DNA from: a virus
Lineage: Duplodnaviria; Caudoviricetes
Reading direction: 5' to 3' (one strand)
Length of the DNA stretch: 32,891 bases
Virus record (IMG/VR): IMGVR_UViG_3300033402_000035
Coordinates: 1-32,891 of that record
Shown here: in pieces, positions 1 to 5,873 of the stretch
Numbering within the stretch: position 1 is the stretch's first letter
Layout: each line of letters starts with the position of its first letter
The notes under the pieces: model-generated
Told to the model about the DNA's origin: nothing
What the model saw: the letters and a program-made list of their open reading frames with translations, nothing else
The model's database searches: none
Translations under genes and position numbers: made by a program

Positions 1-414
1 ATGACCCCCACCACCCCCATCGCCGACACCACCGCCACCGCCCGCGCCGCATACGCCGCGTTCGTTGCCGCCAGGGAATCCGCCGACGCGGCATACGACG
101 ACGCCCTGGAATCCGCTTACACCGCGTTCGCGGACCGCCTTGGTCAAGGCCGTCGCGTTGCCGCCATGGAATCCACCCCCACCGACGCCACGTACGACGC
201 CGCCGTGACCGCCGCCTGTGACGCGTACGTTGCCGCCATGGACGCCGCCCGCGCCGTATATGACGCCGCCGTCCCGGCCCCCGCTGCCGCTAGGGAATCC
301 GCCGGCACCGCATACGCCGTCGCCCTGGACGCCGCCGCCGCTGCCTACGCCGCTAACGAGGCCTGCGCCCGCGCCGCGTACGCTGCCGTCCTGGACGCCG
401 CCCGCGCCGAGTAG
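1..414 (+). CDS. Ala-rich 11-residue-repeat early protein (hypothetical)
   Basis: 137 aa ORF with recurring AY(D/A)AA units at about 11-aa spacing and GCC-rich codons; it ends in the shared intergenic repeat. The upstream RBS lies outside the window. Confidence 0.7.
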   Translation: MTPTTPIADTTATARAAYAAFVAARESADAAYDDALESAYTAFADRLGQGRRVAAMESTPTDATYDAAVTAACDAYVAAMDAARAVYDAAVPAPAAARESAGTAYAVALDAAAAAYAANEACARAAYAAVLDAARAE

Positions 415-456
415 ACCAATATCCGTCAGGACATAAACAGGAGATTTCCGATGACC
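412..456 (+). repeat. 45-bp stop-to-start intergenic direct repeat, copy 1
   Basis: TAGACCAATATCCGTCAGGACATAAACAGGAGATTTCCGATGACC; 44/45 identical to 802-846. Confidence 0.95.
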
Positions 457-804
457 CTCACCGCCACCACCAACGCCGCATACGCCACCGCCGCGGACGC
501 CGTGTACGCTGCCGCCCCGGCCTGCGCCGACGACGCATACCGTGCCGCCATGGACGCCGCCCGCGTCGCGCGCACTACCGCCATAGAGGCCGCCTGGGAC
601 GCGTACTATGCCACCATATACGACGCGCGCGATGCCTTCCTGGACGCCGCACGCGATGCCGCCCGTGTCCGGGGCGGCATGAACGCCGCCTGGGCCGCAC
701 GCAATGCCGCTCTGGACGCCGCCTGGGACGCGTACCAAGCCGCCATGAACGTCGCCGACGCCGCGCTCACAAAAAGGACATTGGCCTTCATCGACACCGA
801 CTAG
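451..804 (+). CDS. Ala-rich 11-residue-repeat early protein (hypothetical)
   Basis: AGGAG RBS at 439-443; 117 aa; units such as AYRAAMDAARV and RNAALDAAWDA. Confidence 0.8.
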   Translation: MTLTATTNAAYATAADAVYAAAPACADDAYRAAMDAARVARTTAIEAAWDAYYATIYDARDAFLDAARDAARVRGGMNAAWAARNAALDAAWDAYQAAMNVADAALTKRTLAFIDTD

Positions 805-846
805 ACCAATATCCGTCAGGACGTAAACAGGAGATTTCCGATGACC
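802..846 (+). repeat. 45-bp stop-to-start intergenic direct repeat, copy 2
   Basis: TAGACCAATATCCGTCAGGACGTAAACAGGAGATTTCCGATGACC. Confidence 0.95.
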
Positions 847-1188
847 GTCAAACGCCCGACAGTTACCGCCGCGCTCACAGCAGCTAAGCGGGACGTGACC
901 GTACTACACGATTGCGGCACGTATAATTCCTCCTACACCAGGTGGAGTTACAGTACCTACGACCAAGGTTATCACGCATGGATCGAGAGTAATCCAACAT
1001 GGTTTGCCGCTGCCGTGGCATCTCGTCGCCTCGCCATGGTGTGCGCCGCTGTAGACTGGGCCTGTCGTGAGTTCGATCTGTCGATTCCCTCCGGAAACGT
1101 CATGGTAACAATTGAGGAGGGGGCCTGGACTGACTCCGTGCGCGACGTGCTCAAAAGCGTGCTCCCCCACCTGATCCCGAATTATTAG
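841..1188 (+). CDS. hypothetical protein
   Basis: 115 aa ORF preceded by the shared AGGAGATTTCCG-ATG start motif. Confidence 0.75.
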   Translation: MTVKRPTVTAALTAAKRDVTVLHDCGTYNSSYTRWSYSTYDQGYHAWIESNPTWFAAAVASRRLAMVCAAVDWACREFDLSIPSGNVMVTIEEGAWTDSVRDVLKSVLPHLIPNY

Positions 1189-1232
1189 GATATCCCCGAC
1201 GCCGCGCTCACAAAAAGGACAGGAGATATCCG

Positions 1233-1754
1233 ATGATCACCACCATGACCACCGCCAAATTCCAGATTACCGATCGCTGGACCGGTGTCGTTCGTTTCGA
1301 ATGCGAACTGCCCGCCGAGATCGCGGAGCAGAATTACGGATCCCGAATCGGCTTTGCAATTAAGAAGGCACTTGAAGTGGGTGCCAACCTCGCGGATACT
1401 TGTCTCACATGCGCCGATCTTAAGGGCGTCAGCCTCAAGGGTGTCTGCCTCAAAGGCGTTAACTTAACGCACTCCAACCTCACGGGCGCCTGCCTCAAGA
1501 GCGCCAACCTCACGGGCGCAGACCTCGCGTACTCCTTCCTTAAGAACGCATGCCTTAAGAACGCATGCCTCAAGGGCGCTGACCTCGAGATCTCCGACCT
1601 CGCATATTCCAATCTCACAGGTGCCAACCTCAAGGGCGCTCACCTCAAGGGCGTCTACCTCAAGGGCGCCTGCCTCAAGGGCGCCTGCCTCAAGGGCGCT
1701 TACATCAGGGGCGCCAATTTCACAGACGCCTGTCTCAAGGGCGCCAAATGGTAA
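1233..1754 (+). CDS. pentapeptide-repeat protein (Cys-rich variant)
   Basis: AGGAGATATCCG-ATG start; N-terminal domain KFQITDRWTG...ECEL followed by more than 20 A(N/C/D)LxG-type pentapeptides (15-bp DNA units). Confidence 0.9.
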   Translation: MITTMTTAKFQITDRWTGVVRFECELPAEIAEQNYGSRIGFAIKKALEVGANLADTCLTCADLKGVSLKGVCLKGVNLTHSNLTGACLKSANLTGADLAYSFLKNACLKNACLKGADLEISDLAYSNLTGANLKGAHLKGVYLKGACLKGACLKGAYIRGANFTDACLKGAKW

Positions 1755-2048
1755 ATGGAGACACCGCACGTGACCGCACTGTGCAGTTACGGAATGAGGC
1801 ATTCCTACCTGGCGTGCGCCACTTATACTGAGAACGTTACCGATTACGATGAGAACGCCGCCGAGTTGGCCCGGCTGCAGGACGCCGATGATGCCACCGA
1901 ATGCATCCTGTTGGACCGGATGGCCGCCGAGTTGGCCCGACTGCAAGATGCTGATGATGCCGCCGAGTTGGACCGAATGTCCGCCGACCTGGACCGGCTG
2001 GCCGCCAAGTTGGCCCGGCGGCCGGATGCCGAATTCGCCGTCGAGTAG
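1755..2048 (+). CDS. hypothetical acidic protein with AELARLQDADDA repeats
   Basis: Abuts the previous stop (TAA-ATG); 66-bp-period internal repeat at 1857 and 1923; exact start uncertain. Confidence 0.55.
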   Translation: METPHVTALCSYGMRHSYLACATYTENVTDYDENAAELARLQDADDATECILLDRMAAELARLQDADDAAELDRMSADLDRLAAKLARRPDAEFAVE

Positions 2049-2070
2049 ATAGACGCAAAGGAGATATCCG

Positions 2071-2400
2071 ATGACCACCGTCATGAACGTTGCTGAGTTG
2101 GCCCGGCTGCTGCAGACGGCCGAGAAAGCCGCCGAGGATGCCCGCGCTGCGCTCGATACCGCCCTGGCGTCCACCTCCAACGACGCATACCGTGTTGCCA
2201 TGACCTCCGCCTATGACGCGCACGCTGCCGCCGCTGCATACGAGACCGCCTTGGACGCCGCCCGCGCCGCATACCGAGCTGCCATGGCCCCTGTTAACGC
2301 CGCATATGCGGCTGCCGACGCTGCCTACGACGCATACGATACCGCCCTGGAGGCCACCCGCGCCGCGCTCGCCCTCGACGATCTTGATAACGCTGAATAG
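2071..2400 (+). CDS. Ala-rich repeat early protein (mosaic paralogue)
   Basis: AGGAGATATCCG-ATG start; AELARL block shared with 1755..2048; DAYRxAM and DAARAAY blocks shared with the first two ORFs. Confidence 0.8.
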   Translation: MTTVMNVAELARLLQTAEKAAEDARAALDTALASTSNDAYRVAMTSAYDAHAAAAAYETALDAARAAYRAAMAPVNAAYAAADAAYDAYDTALEATRAALALDDLDNAE

Positions 2401-2424
2401 ATAAACGCAATCAGGAGATCTTCG

Positions 2425-3000
2425 ATGACTACCGTGATTACACTGGCCCAACTTCGCGAAGCCGGCGCCTGCAAAAGCCAGTTGGACCTTTTCAAGAAAC
2501 GTTTTGGCGAATCGGTCCGCGTGACCGAAGAGCTTGCGATCCAATACGGGCCGGAGTTCGATACTGAATGGGCGGCGATGAACTTGCTGTCACCCTCCGT
2601 CTACGACGAATACGTTGCCGCCTTAGCCCCCGTCCGCGCCACGCGCGATGCTGCCGTGGACTCCATCTATGCCAAGTTCGTTTCTACTAGGAACTCCATC
2701 TACGACGCATACACTGCCGCCGCGGAGGCCGCCGACGATGCGCACGATACCGCCGTGGCCTCTGCCGACGCCATATACGAGACTGCCGGGGCTTCTGCCG
2801 AAGCCAAAGCAACGCACTCTGCCGCCCTAGACGACGCCGAGGCAGCGCACGACGCCGCCCTGGCCTCCGCCTACGCCGCGCAGGCTGCCGCCTTGGCCTC
2901 CATCGTTGCAGCGCGCAATGCCGCCCTGGTCCCAGCCCGCGTCCCGTACGCTGCCGTCTCGGCAATGGCCTTCGTACGCGCCTACCTTTCCGATTGCTAA
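2425..3000 (+). CDS. hypothetical protein: conserved N-domain (ITLAQLRxAGACKSQ..LFKKRFG) plus Ala-rich repeats
   Basis: AGGAGATCTTCG-ATG start; clear paralogue of 4876..5322 at both ends. Confidence 0.85.
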   Translation: MTTVITLAQLREAGACKSQLDLFKKRFGESVRVTEELAIQYGPEFDTEWAAMNLLSPSVYDEYVAALAPVRATRDAAVDSIYAKFVSTRNSIYDAYTAAAEAADDAHDTAVASADAIYETAGASAEAKATHSAALDDAEAAHDAALASAYAAQAAALASIVAARNAALVPARVPYAAVSAMAFVRAYLSDC

Positions 3001-3020
3001 TCCCTCCCAGGAGATATCTG

Positions 3021-3296
3021 ATGATTACCACCTCCAACGCTGCATACGCGGCCGCCATGACTTCTGCCGACAATGCACTCGCTGCCGCCTTGAACGCCGC
3101 TTGGGACGCCTACGATACCGCTTGGACCGTCGCCAACGATGCATATCATACCGCTCCAGCTTCCGCCCACGCCTACGAAGCGCTCGCTGCCGCTCTGACC
3201 TCCGCCGATAAAGCTTATGCTGTTGCCAAGGCCTCCGCCAATGCCGCCTACGATGTCGCCACGGCTAATGCGCGAGTCTACCTCGCCGATCGCTAA
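3021..3296 (+). CDS. Ala-rich repeat early protein ending RVYLADR
   Basis: Start moved to ATG 3021, after AGGAGATATCTG; shares its C-terminal DNA block with 4876..5322. Confidence 0.8.
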   Translation: MITTSNAAYAAAMTSADNALAAALNAAWDAYDTAWTVANDAYHTAPASAHAYEALAAALTSADKAYAVAKASANAAYDVATANARVYLADR

Positions 3297-3308
3297 TCCC
3301 ACCAAATG

Positions 3309-3332
3309 CCGGACGGAAGCCCGGCCAGAAGA
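3309..3332 (+). repeat. GGAA-tetraloop hairpin element, copy 1 (copy 2 at 3694-3717)
   Basis: CCGGACGGAAGCCCGGCCAGAAGA vs CCGGGCGGAAGCTTGGCCAGGAGA, 20/24 identical; the two copies flank gene 3368..3673. Confidence 0.6.
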
Positions 3333-3367
3333 TCCGCGTATATAGAGATTATAAAGAGGAACCCCCG

Positions 3368-3673
3368 ATGACCAGCATTCACCTCGTAGACGATGGTCGT
3401 GGCGCTCGCATCGCTGACGATGAAGACAACACGCTGGCATTCTATCACGTGCGTCCACGCTTTCGGCGCGAGCCGCATGGCCTCGGAACACGCGAGACCG
3501 CTGATGTCGTCTTTTGTATTTACCACGAGTGCGCAACAACTTTGCCGAACGGCGATACGGTCCGATACGACTACCCCGTCGGCGGCAACTATACCACCCT
3601 CGCTGATGCCATTACTGGCCTGGCCGCCGACCTGCCGACGGTCGCTATGCTACGTACGCCCGCCGAGGACTGA
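3368..3673 (+). CDS. hypothetical protein
   Basis: 101 aa ORF with GAGGA RBS, collinear with its neighbours. Confidence 0.7.
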   Translation: MTSIHLVDDGRGARIADDEDNTLAFYHVRPRFRREPHGLGTRETADVVFCIYHECATTLPNGDTVRYDYPVGGNYTTLADAITGLAADLPTVAMLRTPAED

Positions 3674-3723
3674 CCCCACCTCCACCACAGTAACCGGGCG
3701 GAAGCTTGGCCAGGAGACGACAG

Positions 3724-4839
3724 ATGACCTGCGAAAAAGAAATCGGGGAGGAGGTTGCCGAGGGAGAGCCGCAGGCTGCGCTGCGCGCGCCGTTCCCTTA
3801 TTTTGGCGGCAAGGCACCCATTGCGGCAGAGATATGGTCACGTATCGGCGATGTGGTGAATTATATAGAACCATTTTTCGGCTCCGGTGCAGTTTTGTTT
3901 TCGCGTCCAAAAGTAGGACGTATAGAAACGGTGAATGACAAAGACAGATTCATTGCAAACTTCTGGCGTGCGACGCAACACGATCCGGAGGCGGTAGCAC
4001 ATTGGCTTGATTGGCCGGTGAACGAATGTGATCTGACAGCGCGGCATCTGTGGCTGATTAACGAAGGCGCTGCTCGGATTGCGCGGTGCGACGGGGAACC
4101 GGACTTTTTCGATGCGCAGGTCGCGGGCTGGTGGTGTTGGGGCGCTTGTTCGTGGATTGGTTCGGGATGGTGCTCGGGTACTGGCCCGTGGGTATGGGAT
4201 AACAAGGAACATGAATGGGGCAAACGCCCGCACCCGAGCGACGCCAGGCCGGGCATCAACCGCCAGCGCCCGCACTTGAGCAGCGCTGGGCAAGGCATCA
4301 AGCGCAAGCTCCCGCATTTGGGCGACGCCGGGCGAGGCATTAACTGCAAGCGCCCGCACCTGTGGAAGGGGCATGGCATCAACCGTGTCAAATTTGCCGG
4401 GAAAAGCGACGCGCTCCTATCATGGATACAGGCTCTAGCAGGTAGACTGCGCAATGTCCGGGTCTGTTGCGGCGACTGGTCGCGCGTCTGCGGGCTGTCC
4501 GTCACGTATGGGCACGGTTTAACCGGAGTTTTTCTCGACCCGCCCTATTCCGACGCAGCAAACCGCAGTAAAAACGTTTATTCCACCGACGACCTGACCG
4601 TAGCGCATGTCGCGCGGAAATGGGCGATCGAGGAAGGAAGCAATCCGCTCATGCGTATTGCGTTTGCTGGATACGACGGCGAGCACACGTTTCCCTATAA
4701 CTGGACGGAATGGTCGTGGAAGACACAGGGCGGCTTTGGTAATCAAGGCAACACCAGCGGTCGCGATAATAGCCACCGCGAGCGTATATGGTTTTCGCCG
4801 CACTGCGCTGCTCAACGCCAGGGCAGGCTTTTTGAGTAA
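3724..4839 (+). CDS. D12-class (Dam-like) N6-adenine DNA methyltransferase
   Basis: PFPYFGGK, YIEPFFGSGAV (SAM binding), VND and FLDPPY catalytic motif; AGGAG RBS before ATG 3724. Confidence 0.9.
   Translation: MTCEKEIGEEVAEGEPQAALRAPFPYFGGKAPIAAEIWSRIGDVVNYIEPFFGSGAVLFSRPKVGRIETVNDKDRFIANFWRATQHDPEAVAHWLDWPVNECDLTARHLWLINEGAARIARCDGEPDFFDAQVAGWWCWGACSWIGSGWCSGTGPWVWDNKEHEWGKRPHPSDARPGINRQRPHLSSAGQGIKRKLPHLGDAGRGINCKRPHLWKGHGINRVKFAGKSDALLSWIQALAGRLRNVRVCCGDWSRVCGLSVTYGHGLTGVFLDPPYSDAANRSKNVYSTDDLTVAHVARKWAIEEGSNPLMRIAFAGYDGEHTFPYNWTEWSWKTQGGFGNQGNTSGRDNSHRERIWFSPHCAAQRQGRLFE
4219..4383 (+). repeat. four degenerate 42/39-bp tandem units inside the methyltransferase
   Basis: GKRPHPSDARPGIN / RQRPHLSSAGQGIK / RKLPHLGDAGRGIN / CKRPHLWKGHGIN. 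Confidence 0.85.
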
Positions 4840-4875
4840 CCATGACCGCTATGCTCGTAAAAAGGAATTGTCCAT

Positions 4876-5322
4876 ATGCCCGCTCAGATCACGTTGGCCC
4901 AACTTCGTAAAGCCGGCGCCTGCAAAAGCCAGGTAGTTCTTTTCAAGAAGCGTTTCGGGGAATCGGTCCGCGTGACCGAAGATCTTGCATGCCAATACGG
5001 GCCGGAGTTTGACATTGAATGGGCGTCGCAGCATCTACTTTCGCCCTCCGCCTACGAGGTGTACCGTGCTGCCATGGCCTCCGTCTGCACCGCCCGCGTC
5101 CCGTATGCTGTCGTCATGGCCTCCGCCCGCATCCCGTATGCTGCCGTCTCGGCAGTGGCCTACTTCCCGTATGTTGCCGCCATGATCCCCGCCCACTTCC
5201 CGTATAATGTCGCCTCGACAGTGGCCTACGTCCCGTATGTTGCCACCATGATCCCCGCCTATGTCCCGTATGCTGCCTTCTCGGCAATGGCCTTCGCGCG
5301 CGCCTACCTCGCCGATCGCTAA
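4876..5322 (+). CDS. paralogue of 2425..3000 with six 11-aa PY repeats
   Basis: Near-identical N-terminal ~70 aa; 33-bp units at 5092-5289; AAGGA RBS. Confidence 0.85.
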   Translation: MPAQITLAQLRKAGACKSQVVLFKKRFGESVRVTEDLACQYGPEFDIEWASQHLLSPSAYEVYRAAMASVCTARVPYAVVMASARIPYAAVSAVAYFPYVAAMIPAHFPYNVASTVAYVPYVATMIPAYVPYAAFSAMAFARAYLADR

Positions 5323-5375
5323 TCCCATCCGATTGTCTCGGTATATAGCTTGCACGCAGACCCGCAGGAGGACCT

Positions 5376-5873
5376 GTGCAAAGAGATCAGACTGACATGG
5401 CTGCCCAAAACGATTCATCTATAGACCCGACGCCACTGCCCGCTTACGCGGATGACGCGGCAGAAGTCGTGCGGCGTTTCGAGAAACTGGCTTACGACTA
5501 CAGCACGGTATTCTGGGCTAAAGAGATGGGCCACGCCGTAAAGGTGTTCCGCCGTTTATTCGCCGCGCAGGGAGCGCCCATGCTGCCGCCCGCCGACATC
5601 GTCGCTCGGCAGATGCGTATAAGCGAGGGAGCGGTGCGGATGGTTTATGAAGGTATCCGGGCCGTCAGCAAGGCAGGGGGCGTGCTACCCACGCTCGCTG
5701 AGAGGCAAGCGCAGCTTGAAGCGGCGGAGGCCGCGCTACCCAAGCAGAGGCCAATAGTAACGGCCTTACAAACGGCTCCAGCCGCTCCCGCTATTGCGCA
5801 GCCGATCGCGCGCAGACCGCTTTCTACGACCGTTACTTCCGCTAAGACGACCGGGTCGGGGTTCCTCGGCTAG
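5376..5873 (+). CDS. hypothetical protein, possible helix-turn-helix DNA-binding segment
   Basis: AGGAGG before GTG 5376 (alternative ATG at 5397); PADIVARQMRISEGAVRMVY resembles an HTH; stop overlaps the polymerase start (TAGTG). Confidence 0.6.
   Translation: MQRDQTDMAAQNDSSIDPTPLPAYADDAAEVVRRFEKLAYDYSTVFWAKEMGHAVKVFRRLFAAQGAPMLPPADIVARQMRISEGAVRMVYEGIRAVSKAGGVLPTLAERQAQLEAAEAALPKQRPIVTALQTAPAAPAIAQPIARRPLSTTVTSAKTTGSGFLG

Noticed and set aside
412-846. 45-bp direct repeats as a CRISPR array or integron attC sites
   Set aside because: Only two near-exact copies, separated by a whole gene and containing an RBS and start codon. There are no cas or integrase genes and no attC-like long inverted structure.
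1464-2544. Long minus-strand ORFs (1464..2201, 1837..2544) and similar shadows such as 18391..19140 and 21115..21918
   Set aside because: Antisense to well-supported genes, with no recognisable motifs; expected from GC-rich codon bias.
2425-5322. Paralogous segments as a diversity-generating retroelement TR/VR pair
   Set aside because: No reverse transcriptase in the window, the differences are not confined to adenines, and both copies are intact genes with an RBS.
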